From a virus, in the IMG/VR virus record IMGVR_UViG_3300044514_000040: a stretch of DNA of 64,000 nucleotides. The stretch is one strand, 5' to 3'. Each line of letters begins with the position of its first letter. Positions within the stretch are counted from its first letter, which is position 1. This document shows, piece by piece, positions 28,302 through 38,569 of the stretch. The notes under the pieces are model-generated. The model was not told the DNA's origin and ran no database searches. It saw only the letters and a program-made list of their open reading frames with translations. A program made the translations under genes and the position numbers.

Positions 28302-28558
28302 CGACGGCGACAAATATACTGCCGGTGCTCATCGCTTGAGGACCAACGGCCGCGTAGGATCTGGGGATCTAAACGTGTCAAAACTAAACCTCGATTTCCG
28401 CTCGCCGGCCGTGGCCGGTGCCTTTCCCCAGAGAGGTAAGCGACGGGCGGAAATCGGGGTTTTCTTTTGCGCTGGGCTGCGGTGGCGTAGACACCGTGGC
28501 CAAGGAGGGCCATTCTGTCATGGTGACTTCGACACCAACAACTTTTGGACCAGAAACG

Positions 28559-29833
28559 ATGACAGCCAAAATCACGCAAATTCTGAAGGACGCAAGTCCC
28601 AAGCAACTCAAGCCGCACCCGCTGAACGAAGAGATTTACGGCGACTCGGAACCATCGCCGGAGTTTCTGGAAAACGTCAGGCTCTGCGGAATCATTCAGC
28701 CGATTGTGCTGGCCGCCGATGAGCGCACCGTCGTTTCCGGGCACAAGCGACGCAAGGCCGCGATCAGCATTGGACTAGAGGCCGTCAAAGTAATTGTCCG
28801 CCGCGACTTGGTGGACAAGCTCGACATCGAACGAGCGCTGATTCTGTCGAACGAACAGCGCGAGAACCGCTCGACCGAAATGCGGGCGCGAGAGTTCAAA
28901 CGGCTGCGTGAAATTGAAGAGGCGTTCGCTGCACGGCGCCAGAAAGCAGGCAAATCGGTACCAAAGCCAACAGGTGGTACTGATACCCCCGACGAACCTT
29001 TGATAAAAGTTATCAAAGGTTCGTCGGGTGTCACTATGCCACCATCTGGCAGGGCTTCTGAGATCGCAGCCGAAGCCGTTGGAATGTCTTATCCAACGGC
29101 CGCAAAGGCCGAAGTCGTGATCGATAAAATCGACGAGTTGACAGAGCGCGGCCACGTCCACAAGGCGGAAGAACTACGCGAGACGCTCGAACAAAACGTG
29201 AGTGCCGCGCATCGCCTGGCGACCGGCGAAAAGCCGAAGACCCGCAAGCCACGCGCACCAGCCGAGCCGTGTCCGAACTGCGGCGGCAAGAAATGGACCG
29301 ATGGGCCGGAAGGCAAGGCGTGTGCCTCTTGTCACGAGCCTTACAGTACTGTGGCTAATCGGAATCGCGAGTCCGCAGCACTGCCGAAGGACTTGGCGAA
29401 GCCAGTCGCTGAAGCTGTCCTGGCCTGCAAGCTCAAGGCCACGCCTGCGCAACTAGAAGCCCTCACGGAGTACGACAAGGACAGTCAGCAGATGCTTGTC
29501 GATTCCGTCTTGGAAGGGCGACAATCGCTCGCCAAGGCCATCGAGACCGGGGAAGTGCCGGAGCCGACGCCTGACGAACTGCTGGAGAAGCACAACAAGG
29601 GCATCGCATCGTTCTGCCGGGAACTCACGAAGTTCTTTGACGAGCATTGCCCGACCGGAGTTTGGATGGACGACGCAGGACGACGGGATACGGCGCGACA
29701 GCAAATCAAGTCGGCTTGTGCCACGCTGAACTTGGCCAAGTGCAAGACGTGTCCGAAGTGCGACGGCGAAGGCTGCAAGACGTGTGAGGAAACCGGCATG
29801 GTGCCGACTGGTAAATACGAGCAACTAAAATGA
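28559..29833 (+). CDS. ParB-like N-terminal domain protein with zinc ribbons
   Basis: LKPHPLNEEIY, GIIQPI, SGHKRRKAA; CxxC pairs. Confidence 0.85.
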   Translation: MTAKITQILKDASPKQLKPHPLNEEIYGDSEPSPEFLENVRLCGIIQPIVLAADERTVVSGHKRRKAAISIGLEAVKVIVRRDLVDKLDIERALILSNEQRENRSTEMRAREFKRLREIEEAFAARRQKAGKSVPKPTGGTDTPDEPLIKVIKGSSGVTMPPSGRASEIAAEAVGMSYPTAAKAEVVIDKIDELTERGHVHKAEELRETLEQNVSAAHRLATGEKPKTRKPRAPAEPCPNCGGKKWTDGPEGKACASCHEPYSTVANRNRESAALPKDLAKPVAEAVLACKLKATPAQLEALTEYDKDSQQMLVDSVLEGRQSLAKAIETGEVPEPTPDELLEKHNKGIASFCRELTKFFDEHCPTGVWMDDAGRRDTARQQIKSACATLNLAKCKTCPKCDGEGCKTCEETGMVPTGKYEQLK

Positions 29834-30276
29834 AAGACAAACACATTCAGGCACGAATTGAACAGTGCTTAGCCATCGCCAAGTGCTCTACATGCCCGCG
29901 ACGCCAATTCGGTGCGCTGCTACTTGAACCGAATTCCAACGTCGTTTTGGTTGATGCGTACAACGGTCCACCGCGCGGCGACATGCGATTGTGCGGCGGC
30001 GAGATTTGTCTTCGAGACCAACAATCCCTCCACTCTGGTCATAACGTTGAAGTAGGATGCGTGCACGCCGAGATGAATTGCATTTGCAATGCGGCTCGTA
30101 ACGGTGTTTGTACGAACGGCGCGTGGATGATTGTAAACGGCGAGTCGTGTTTAATGTGCGCGAAACTGATCCATCACGCAGGCATTGTGAAACTGATCGT
30201 TGTCAATGGCGGATGGACACAAACCACCGGCATCGAGTACCTCAAGCGACACGGCGTTGAAGTCGAAGGCAGGTAG
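29830..30276 (+). CDS. dCMP deaminase
   Basis: STCPRRQFGA, YNG, HAEMN, CLMC. Confidence 0.9.
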   Translation: MKDKHIQARIEQCLAIAKCSTCPRRQFGALLLEPNSNVVLVDAYNGPPRGDMRLCGGEICLRDQQSLHSGHNVEVGCVHAEMNCICNAARNGVCTNGAWMIVNGESCLMCAKLIHHAGIVKLIVVNGGWTQTTGIEYLKRHGVEVEGR

Positions 30277-30393
30277 CTGTCTTGACGGCTGCTTCAACCG
30301 TCCTGAACGCTGGGTCTCACGAAACGGCAAAACTTACTGCAATCTATGCGGCAAGTTTATCGGTTACACAACGATATCGCATGGAGTTAAGTC

Positions 30394-33300
30394 GTGAGTT
30401 CGTCCGGCCTTCTCTTCTCCGATCCCGCGTCTGAAGTCGCCAAGCGACGGCTCCTGAAGATCGAGCCGCGCGACTACCAAGTCGAAGCGCACGACAACTG
30501 CTTTCGACTCTGGGATTCCGGGACGGTAGGGACGTTGATTCGTGCCGCTACCGGCACCGGGAAATCGGCAATCGCTACCATGCTCTGCCATACATGGTTA
30601 GCTCGCGGCGACAACCGGCGGTGCATGATCTTGAGTTACGAGAAGCAGTTGGTCTGGCAGTTCGCTCAGGAAATCGAAGACCTGCTGGGTATCACGCCGG
30701 AAGTAGAAATGCAGGACGAATCCGTTGAGCGCGGGCGTATTCCTCCAATCGTTGTGTGCAGCCGGCAGACGCTGATGAAACATCCGCTTGCACGGGAGGA
30801 CGAACAGTACATCGCCGCGTTCGCAACATTCGGAATCGACAAGGACACGCTGGGCGTCTGTCCCAAGATCAAGGCCAAGGGACTGCTTAGTGCACTGGTA
30901 GATGATGTTGACAAGGGCGTGGTGCTGAACGAACTGCTCCAGATTAACGAACACTGGATGGCCAACCATCATGCCGGCGCATGGTCCAGGCTGTGGAAAT
31001 TCGACTGGCAATACGACTGGCTAATAGTCCCTGATGAAGCCCATAAGTGGTCACACCGTTTGACGACAGTCGGTCACCTAATCGACTGGTTTGACAGAAA
31101 TCCGAACTCTCGCCGTGCTGGAATAACCGCCACCCCCAAAAGGAGTGACAGAGTTTCCATCGGTGACAAGATGTTTCCGGGCATCGCGCTGGACTATCCG
31201 CTGTGGCGTCCGGAAGGTCGCTGCGCTGTCCGGGACGGATTCGCAGTACCTTATGTCCAGAGATTCATCGAGGTCGAAGGGGTTGACTTCAAGCAGCTCA
31301 AGAAAGTCGCCGGCGACTTTGATGAGAACGAATTGGAGCGCGTGCTTGGGCATGAGAAGATGATCGCCAAGTTGGTCGAACCGCTGCTCGACATGGCCGG
31401 CGACCGGAGCACGCTGATCTTTAATCCAGGCGTACAAATGGCCAGGGACGTGGCCGACTACATCAACGCCCGATGTGCATGCCAGTGCTCCTGCGGCAAG
31501 AGGAAGTGGTTTCCTAAGCTACTCATTGGCGATGGTGCCAAGTGCGACTGCGGCGTTTTGCTCTCGACGGAACACGTCGTCAAGGACGGCAATCAGGCCA
31601 CGGCAGTGTGGGGAGAACTTCATCCTCAACAGCGAAGAGAGATCTACCGCGGTCACAACACTGGAGCCTTTCAATTTTTGTCCGTTTGCGGGTTGTGCAT
31701 CGCTGAAGGAACTCTTATACTCACCGACAAAGGAGAAATCCCAATCCAGAATGTCACTTCAGACATGCGGCTATGGGATGGAGTAGAGTTTGTTTCGCAC
31801 GGCGGCGTGATTTCGCAAGGCCGCCGTCCTGTAATCACGCATGCCGGCCTTACAGCCACTGGGGATCACAATGTCTGGACTGCCGCAGGATGGAAGAGTT
31901 TGGCCGAGTGTCAGCGTACGGGACTTGCCATTGCAGTTGCCGGAATTGGTGGGCATCCAATGCGGGAGATTGATCGTCACTACCGGACTGATGATTTGCC
32001 AAGGGAATCAGCCGCATCTCGAAGTGCAATGCGTGGATTGCCAGAAGACAATGTTGCGGCAGTATTACCGCTTTCGTCTGGGGAAGTCCTCGTGTCTAGT
32101 GTGCTACTGTCGTCATCACAATCCGAACGGCATTCTGCCGGACTCGTATCCACAACTGAAAGACCACATTTTTTGCGACAGACTCCAGGTAGTCACCGGA
32201 GACATTATCAGGGTAGGAGTGTCGCGGCGCGGCGGACTCGAAGTTCGATGCGTGGATTGCGGACGAGTAGCGACAAGAGCACTGGTGGATTTACAAAGTG
32301 GGCGAGCTGGGTGCAAAAGCTGTTCAAGGCGTTCTGGCATTCCGCTATGGCTGCTTTATCGCTGTCGAGAAGTAATGCAGAGATGCACAAATCCGTCGAA
32401 TGCAGACTACCCGGCTTATGGTGGCCGCGGTATCGCAATGGACTTCTCGTCATCGCAAGCAATGGCACGGTGGATCATGGAGAATCTTGGATTGCGGAAG
32501 GATTTGACAATCGACCGGATAGACAACAACGGCAACTACGCGCCTGGCAACATCAGATACGCAACACAGACACAGCAGGCCAACAACAGAAGGCGCCGCA
32601 GATCGTCGAAGTCTACGACATACTCAACGCTGGACCGCGCAACAGATTCACCGCCAACGGATTGATCGTTTCTAACTGCAAAGAAGGGTATAACTCGCCG
32701 GACATTTCATGTGTCGCGATCTTTCGACCAGTATCTAAGGCGGCAAGTTCACTTGCCGAGCAGCTAAAAGGCCGTGGTTGTAGAACAGCGCGTGGTGTCA
32801 TCGACGGCTTAAAGACACCTGAAGAGCGACTGGCGGCAATCGCGGCAAGTTCCAAGCCAAATTGCTCCGTCATAGACCTCTGCGGAATCACCGGCCTTGC
32901 CGATTGCGCCTCCACCGTCCTGATCTACGCGGACGGCCTGCCGGACGAAGTGAAACAGAAGGCCGAAGAAATGCTGGAAGAGGCGGCCAAGGACGAAGAC
33001 AAGCCGGAAGTCAACATCGAGGAACTGATCGGTCGTGCAACGCAACTCGTCGAGGACGAGAAGACGCGGATCAAGGAAGAACGTGAAGCCGCACAACGAC
33101 AGTCACGCGAGGAAGCCGAGCGCCGGTCCAAGGCCCAAGCCGAAGTCACGTACAGCACGCACGAAGTCGGCATGACCGTCGCGGGAGATCCGCGGCTGGC
33201 AAGCGAAGGGCAGTACAAGTTCCTCGCCCAGCTCGGCATGACCTTCCACGGCATCGACGTGACGAAGAAACAGGCTGGCAGGATGATCCGACAACTCATG

Positions 33301-33651
33301 GTCTTCACGCCGCCGGAGGATGTCGCCTACGCTTGCGGCATCCGATCCGAGCACTGGGAGAAGACAACGCCCAGCGCGAAGCAGCTTGGCTGCCTGAAGC
33401 GCAACGGCGTAACGTGCCAGGCGACCGCGACACCGTATGAGGCAAGCCTGCTTATCTCGGCAATCAAGGAGCCGGAGCTATGCGAGAAGCGTGTGGTGGA
33501 GGCAATTGCTTCCGCGCAATCGCACGAAGAACTGACGGCCGTGGCAACGAGAGCGGCGATGGTGCGCAGGTTTTTGCGCGAGAAGTTTGATTCGATTGTC
33601 CGCAAGGGCGCGGAGCGTCGGAAGTCGTTCAGCAGTAGCGAGGAGTTCTGA
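30394..33651 (+). CDS. SF2 (DExH) helicase containing an intein
   Basis: RDYQ, ATGTGKS, DEAH, TAT, motif V L/CKEGYN split by the intein, QLKGRGCR. Confidence 0.92.
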   Translation: MSSSGLLFSDPASEVAKRRLLKIEPRDYQVEAHDNCFRLWDSGTVGTLIRAATGTGKSAIATMLCHTWLARGDNRRCMILSYEKQLVWQFAQEIEDLLGITPEVEMQDESVERGRIPPIVVCSRQTLMKHPLAREDEQYIAAFATFGIDKDTLGVCPKIKAKGLLSALVDDVDKGVVLNELLQINEHWMANHHAGAWSRLWKFDWQYDWLIVPDEAHKWSHRLTTVGHLIDWFDRNPNSRRAGITATPKRSDRVSIGDKMFPGIALDYPLWRPEGRCAVRDGFAVPYVQRFIEVEGVDFKQLKKVAGDFDENELERVLGHEKMIAKLVEPLLDMAGDRSTLIFNPGVQMARDVADYINARCACQCSCGKRKWFPKLLIGDGAKCDCGVLLSTEHVVKDGNQATAVWGELHPQQRREIYRGHNTGAFQFLSVCGLCIAEGTLILTDKGEIPIQNVTSDMRLWDGVEFVSHGGVISQGRRPVITHAGLTATGDHNVWTAAGWKSLAECQRTGLAIAVAGIGGHPMREIDRHYRTDDLPRESAASRSAMRGLPEDNVAAVLPLSSGEVLVSSVLLSSSQSERHSAGLVSTTERPHFLRQTPGSHRRHYQGRSVAARRTRSSMRGLRTSSDKSTGGFTKWASWVQKLFKAFWHSAMAALSLSRSNAEMHKSVECRLPGLWWPRYRNGLLVIASNGTVDHGESWIAEGFDNRPDRQQRQLRAWQHQIRNTDTAGQQQKAPQIVEVYDILNAGPRNRFTANGLIVSNCKEGYNSPDISCVAIFRPVSKAASSLAEQLKGRGCRTARGVIDGLKTPEERLAAIAASSKPNCSVIDLCGITGLADCASTVLIYADGLPDEVKQKAEEMLEEAAKDEDKPEVNIEELIGRATQLVEDEKTRIKEEREAAQRQSREEAERRSKAQAEVTYSTHEVGMTVAGDPRLASEGQYKFLAQLGMTFHGIDVTKKQAGRMIRQLMVFTPPEDVAYACGIRSEHWEKTTPSAKQLGCLKRNGVTCQATATPYEASLLISAIKEPELCEKRVVEAIASAQSHEELTAVATRAAMVRRFLREKFDSIVRKGAERRKSFSSSEEF
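31696..32676 (+). mobile_element. Intein (327 aa) in helicase motif V
   Basis: CIAEGT start, block B ATGDH, VYDI...RFTANGLIVSN/C end. Confidence 0.9.
31871..32665 (+). CDS. HNH homing endonuclease encoded in an alternative frame within the intein
   Basis: GRL, CVDC repeats, MQRCTNP...YGGRGI, LTIDRIDNNGNYAPGNIRYAT..QQANNRR. Confidence 0.85.
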   Translation: MSGLPQDGRVWPSVSVRDLPLQLPELVGIQCGRLIVTTGLMICQGNQPHLEVQCVDCQKTMLRQYYRFRLGKSSCLVCYCRHHNPNGILPDSYPQLKDHIFCDRLQVVTGDIIRVGVSRRGGLEVRCVDCGRVATRALVDLQSGRAGCKSCSRRSGIPLWLLYRCREVMQRCTNPSNADYPAYGGRGIAMDFSSSQAMARWIMENLGLRKDLTIDRIDNNGNYAPGNIRYATQTQQANNRRRRRSSKSTTYSTLDRATDSPPTD

Positions 33652-33938
33652 TGACCACTTGGATTTCACTTACCGAACGGCTTCCGGAGGAAAACCGCGA
33701 AGTACTCGTGTTCATCGACTACGGGTGGAAGGGCGGAGAACGCTGCTATCTTTATGCCGTGTCGAGGCTTCTGAATCCTAATGGAGTATTTTCCGTGCCA
33801 GTCGGCTCTCCAGTCACGCACTGGATGCCGCTGCCTGAACCGCCGCGGGTTCCAAGCAACGATAAGCCGCTGGCGCAACCTGAAATGAAGTACGAACGCA
33901 CTGGCGTACTGGACAACGGGGGAGAAGACCATGCCTAG
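33651..33938 (+). CDS. DUF551-like protein
   Basis: WISLTERLPE...VTHWMPLPEPP. Confidence 0.85.
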   Translation: MTTWISLTERLPEENREVLVFIDYGWKGGERCYLYAVSRLLNPNGVFSVPVGSPVTHWMPLPEPPRVPSNDKPLAQPEMKYERTGVLDNGGEDHA

Positions 33939-34495
33939 CGCGAAGCAGCTTGGTTGCCTGAAGCGCAACGGCGTAACGTGTTCAGCGACATCCACGCCGT
34001 ATGAAGCTAGCCTGCTTATCTCGGCAATCAAGGAACCGGTCGGAAAAAGACAAAATGCCGGATGTGTTTCCTGTTGGCCAGCCCATTCCGTATCATCTGG
34101 AAACCGTGTTTGTACGAGAGGACAAGAAATGACCACTTGGATTTTACTTACTGTGACAGTAGAGGAGCGCGATAAGACGAGCGCGACTTTTCAGTTCGCC
34201 TACGTGGAAGACGTGATCGAAAACGAGATCGCGCAAGGTTGTTCGCAGCGACAGATTGCACAAACCTATGCGCTCGCACTCCGCTCCCGTTGGCCGACGG
34301 ACTGGTCGCACGTCAACGCGGCGATCGTCAAGCGATGGCCGAAGGGGCTGGAGCGGATCAAGAAACTGGCTCATTCCGGGAAGTGCTTTAAGTAAGCGCC
34401 GTGTCACGGCTGCTGTATCCCGATGGAGTGTTTTCTGTTCCCGTCGGCTCTCCGGTTACGCACTGGATGCCGCTTCCTGACCCTCCGTGGGTTCC
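33934..34495 (+). repeat. Degenerate duplication of the helicase 3' segment and of the DUF551 gene, with a foreign ORF inserted
   Basis: 33934-34039 resembles 33370-33475; 34129 resembles 33651; about 34398-34495 resembles 33756-33853. Confidence 0.8.
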
Positions 34496-34681
34496 GATCG
34501 AATTCGGAAATCATGGCGCTGCGTAAAGCCCGTTACGAATTCGCCGTTTTTATCCGAAATATGCGCAGTGCTCAGCGACGCTACTTCAAGAGCCGCGATG
34601 CTGGCGCTTTGTCTACTGCGAAAGAACTTGAACGGCGAGTGGACGCGACCGTGGAGGAGATTTACCTTGGGAGGATGTTGT

Positions 34682-34987
34682 ATGACAACGACACCAATGG
34701 GGCCGCGTAACAACGATTGGAATGAAGACGACTGGCGCGGCGAGATCGAAGACGAGTACGACTCCGAACTGGAGTCTTCATTCATTGCCATCGCGATCAT
34801 GCACGACCAGCAGGTGCGGATCATCGGCAACGCCGACGGTGGTGCCGCGCAGTTCTCGTCCGTCGAGGAAGTCGAGAAAATGCAATCGCAGCACGTGCTT
34901 GGCTGTTTCGACTGGTGGGCGTTCAATGTCGAGGACGGAGAATCGTTTAGGCTCAGTGGATTCAACACAGCAAGGAACGCCAAATGA
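34682..34987 (+). CDS. Hypothetical acidic protein
   Basis: GGAGG RBS. Confidence 0.65.
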   Translation: MTTTPMGPRNNDWNEDDWRGEIEDEYDSELESSFIAIAIMHDQQVRIIGNADGGAAQFSSVEEVEKMQSQHVLGCFDWWAFNVEDGESFRLSGFNTARNAK

Positions 34988-35352
34988 TCGCATTGCCTCC
35001 GATGCCTCACGGCACGCTTTGCACAAACCGGCGAATGGATCATGGATAATTCTGAACGATGGAAAGACGCGGACTGGACATCGTTTTGGGAGCATTTTGA
35101 AAAGCTAACTGGAACAAAGGCGGACGAGGATTATTCTCCGTATAGCTGCTCGTGCTAAGCAATGGACCAAGCCGATAGATTCTCCGACGCGCCATACGTT
35201 GTCGAGGACCATCCTTTCGATCGTGGATACTTTGATCGTGTGCTGTTTAAGTGCTCGTACGAAAACGAGGAGCGTTCTCGGCGAGATCAGAAGAAGTACC
35301 GCGACGGATACGAACAGGCGAGGCGTGAGCTTCACGCGGAAAGGCTCAAGCA

Positions 35353-35841
35353 ATGACTGACGTGATTGAACAGATACGTTCCGCCATTGAGTTCGGACAG
35401 ATCGTGCCGGACGAAACGCGCACCGTCGAGCGCGATGCACTGGAAGCGGCGGTATTGGAAATCACCGCCCTGCGCACCGACCGGCGGATATTTGCCAAGC
35501 TCGTCATCAACATGCGCGTGGCGCAGAGGCGATACTTCCGCAACCGAAAATCACAGGACTTGGATGAGGCAAAGGACTTGGAACGGCGAGTGGACACCGC
35601 CGTCGAGGAGATACTCAGCGTGCAACGATCTTTCCTCTCTGAAGTCGCGTCTGAGAGCCACGCGGTCGCGAGAGATCCGCGAACACACGAACAGATCACG
35701 CAAGACGCGCAGCTCGCTGATGAGTACGCCACGCCTGGCACTGTGAAGCACTTTGCCTTGCGACTCGGATTCATGCCCCATGACGAACAGGACGCAGAAG
35801 CGATCCTTCGACGTGTTGTTCGCGAAACAGAATTGAAATGA
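35353..35841 (+). CDS. Hypothetical protein; shares a domain with 34513-34710
   Basis: MR.AQRRYF..R......AK.LERRVD in both. Confidence 0.7.
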   Translation: MTDVIEQIRSAIEFGQIVPDETRTVERDALEAAVLEITALRTDRRIFAKLVINMRVAQRRYFRNRKSQDLDEAKDLERRVDTAVEEILSVQRSFLSEVASESHAVARDPRTHEQITQDAQLADEYATPGTVKHFALRLGFMPHDEQDAEAILRRVVRETELK

Positions 35842-35951
35842 ACTCTCATCGACTGGAGGATGTCTCGCGTACCTGATGGCGTTCTCTTTCGGGTTGGAGT
35901 GCGCGAATTGATGGCGATGTACGAACGCGCCGTGGCTCTTTTGCCAGCCGC

Positions 35952-36602
35952 GTGAAAACCCACATGAACTGGCCCAAGGACAAACACGCGACGAATCAAC
36001 CTCTTCTGTTCGACAACGCGCGCCGGCTATCCGGCGACGGTGCCGTGCGGTCGTGGGTGGGCGACTTCTTCGAGGAGGCTGGCGCGCGGTTGACCGGCGC
36101 GACGAGACTGCGGACAAGCGGTTTGTGCGCGTGGTGTCCTGATTTGCGCTGGGACGATCGTATCGGCTTCGAGTGTAAGGCGGTCGGGAACAGCGGATCG
36201 GTCATCATCTACCAATGTCGGCTGGAGAAAGACCTTGAGCAATCCGCGCGACACGGCGTCGAACTGTGGTACTGGATATTCCGGCACACGGCGCCCGTGC
36301 TGGGCACGCTGTTCATCGACGACCTTCGACAGAAACTCGCCGCGGCGACGATCAAGGTGGCGTGCGTGCCGCTCGCGGACTTGGCGGCGGCGTGTTACGA
36401 GATGCCGCTGCGCCGTGTAAACTCGGCGTACACGAGCGCCGGTAAGCGGCTTGGGTACGGACAGAAACAGTACGGAATCGGATGGACGATCCGCGCGTCG
36501 CAGTTTTTCCAGTCGGACTCGCGGCTTTCCAGCGTGAGCGTTTACGGACAGGCGATTCCACGGCTTCAGGTTCACGGCGAACACGCGACATCGTTTCTCT
36601 GA
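35952..36602 (+). CDS. PD-(D/E)XK nuclease-like protein
   Basis: CPDL...FECKAV. Confidence 0.6.
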   Translation: MKTHMNWPKDKHATNQPLLFDNARRLSGDGAVRSWVGDFFEEAGARLTGATRLRTSGLCAWCPDLRWDDRIGFECKAVGNSGSVIIYQCRLEKDLEQSARHGVELWYWIFRHTAPVLGTLFIDDLRQKLAAATIKVACVPLADLAAACYEMPLRRVNSAYTSAGKRLGYGQKQYGIGWTIRASQFFQSDSRLSSVSVYGQAIPRLQVHGEHATSFL

Positions 36603-36608
36603 GGTTAA

Positions 36609-37313
36609 ATGTCTCAGCAAACAGAAACACCCGACTCGCCGCTTCCTTCGCTGCCTCATGCGCGAACGACAGTCATTCGGCGATCCAAGCCGTCGAACTG
36701 CCGATGTCTTGGCGCATGGCGCGACAAGATGCTTCGCTGGGTCGTTCTCGAACGCGCGGACCCGGCTTTGAACGGCACGGGCGCGTCGCTTTTGAAGTGC
36801 CTTCAGTGCGGGTTCCGCTGGAAGTCCAAGCGGCTTTACGTCGGCAAGCTGCGAGACTGGAAGGAAGAACATCGAAGCGGGATGACCGATCAGGACATTC
36901 TGGACAGACTCTTGGACGGCACGTTGCGAGTGGACTTGGAGACGGCGTGGGTGTTCAGTTGCTCCGGCAGATTTACCGGCAAGGCGACGGATACATGGCG
37001 AGAACTGACGCCGATCTATCGTCAGCCGGAAGATCGACAGTGCGGCTACTGGTTCATGGAAATCACTCGCAACGGGAAAAAGAAGAAGATCGCGCGGCAT
37101 CGGATTGTGTGGATGGCGGCGAACCTACAACTTGTCCCGGACGATTGCGACGTTGACCATAAGCGATACGGTGACGGGGACGGTATCGACAACTTGCAGC
37201 TACTGACCAAGGTGGAGAACCGCGGGAAGCACAACGGGCGACCGTGGAACAGGCCGGCGGGTGACTACTCCGCCGAAGAATTTATGGACAATCTGAACTG
37301 GAGTTCTGAATGA
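36609..37313 (+). CDS. HNH endonuclease domain protein
   Basis: HRIVW...DVDH...DNLQLLT..EN. Confidence 0.8.
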   Translation: MSQQTETPDSPLPSLPHARTTVIRRSKPSNCRCLGAWRDKMLRWVVLERADPALNGTGASLLKCLQCGFRWKSKRLYVGKLRDWKEEHRSGMTDQDILDRLLDGTLRVDLETAWVFSCSGRFTGKATDTWRELTPIYRQPEDRQCGYWFMEITRNGKKKKIARHRIVWMAANLQLVPDDCDVDHKRYGDGDGIDNLQLLTKVENRGKHNGRPWNRPAGDYSAEEFMDNLNWSSE

Positions 37314-37831
37314 AGCAGGAAACAAGGAAGCCGCGACACGGCCTCAACTTTCAGGGCCACAAACATCTTCGCGAATGGCTCGCCAATAGTTCAGACGGAA
37401 GGCAGCTCATCGAAGCACTGACCGGGACTGACAAGGAAAAGATCCGAGAATGGCTCACGACGACGGAAGACGGCAGGCGACTGCTGAAGGAACTATGGAG
37501 CCAACAAGAGTTCGCGATGGTTCAGCGCGTCTTGGCAGTCCAGCATCACGATCACGTGGCGTTGTACGGGCCGGACTCCGTGCGCGTGAAGGTGGTCACG
37601 CAAGTCTACGATCCGGGACGAGAGGTTGAAGCCGAGCAAGCAATGGAAGCCGCGTTGCCACTGAGCTACAAAGACGTGTTCTGGCCGGGAAACAAACTGG
37701 CGGACGTTTCCAATCGCACCCTGACGCCGATGGAAGTTGAATACTACGATGCCATGCAAGTCGCGTGCGAAGTCCTTGACTCAAAGATCGATGGCGATAA
37801 GATGCGTGGACAACAAGGCGAGGGCATCTGA
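37310..37831 (+). CDS. Hypothetical protein
   Basis: ATGA overlap, GGAG RBS. Confidence 0.7.
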   Translation: MKQETRKPRHGLNFQGHKHLREWLANSSDGRQLIEALTGTDKEKIREWLTTTEDGRRLLKELWSQQEFAMVQRVLAVQHHDHVALYGPDSVRVKVVTQVYDPGREVEAEQAMEAALPLSYKDVFWPGNKLADVSNRTLTPMEVEYYDAMQVACEVLDSKIDGDKMRGQQGEGI

Positions 37832-38018
37832 TGGCTGAGAAGAAATACCCAGTTCCGATCCACGGCACGCCATGCGACGCATGCGGCGATCCGGCGACGA
37901 AGTTTCTCGGCGGCCGACCGCTGTGCCACGAGTGCTTCGCCGAGTTGAGGCACGGTGTTATCGGGCCGCCGCCACGGAACCTGGACACGGCGTACCGACC
38001 GCCGAAGGCGACCCACGA

Positions 38019-38047
38019 TTGACACACATTCACAACCTCGATACATT
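38019..38047 (+). promoter_or_regulatory. Sigma70-like promoter, probably giving a leaderless RHH transcript
   Basis: TTGACA-N17-TACATT, ATG 6 nt downstream. Confidence 0.6.
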
Positions 38048-38053
38048 TCCGTC

Positions 38054-38230
38054 ATGACTCGCGTCCACGTCCATCTTTCCGAACAGCAAGCCGCGAAGCT
38101 CAAGGCCCTGGTGGAAGCCACTGGCATCAAGCAGGCGGAGCACGTACGACGCGCGGTCGATGAGTATTTCGACAAACATCCACAACAGAAAGGACGGCGG
38201 CCAAATGCACATGAACGAACTCAGTCTTGA
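38054..38230 (+). CDS. Ribbon-helix-helix DNA-binding protein
   Basis: MTRVHVHLSEQQAAKLKAL...GIKQAEHVRRAVDEY. Confidence 0.8.
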   Translation: MTRVHVHLSEQQAAKLKALVEATGIKQAEHVRRAVDEYFDKHPQQKGRRPNAHERTQS

Positions 38231-38564
38231 AAACCTGTCCATTGTAAAAGGCGGCCTTGTTTCCGCGATGATGTCCAAGGCGCTGGGCCGCATCTCGACG
38301 GACATCAAGCAAGCCCCGGACATTGACGACTGGCGATCAGTCACGCTGAAAATACGCGCCAGACCGTATCGCGAACAAGGTCAACTGTCCGGTGCTGACG
38401 TGGAGTTCATCGTGGACCCCAAAACACCTAGCCGCGTTACATCCGCGAGAATGGACATTCGATCTACTGCCACTGGTGCCATCCAACTCTTTTTCGCTGA
38501 TGACTATCACAAAGACGCAGATCCAAACCAAATCATGCTGCCGATTGGCGGCGAGAAGGAGTAA
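38205..38564 (+). CDS. Hypothetical phage protein
   Basis: AAGGA RBS; operon with the next gene. Confidence 0.7.
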   Translation: MHMNELSLENLSIVKGGLVSAMMSKALGRISTDIKQAPDIDDWRSVTLKIRARPYREQGQLSGADVEFIVDPKTPSRVTSARMDIRSTATGAIQLFFADDYHKDADPNQIMLPIGGEKE

Positions 38565-38569
38565 GACCC

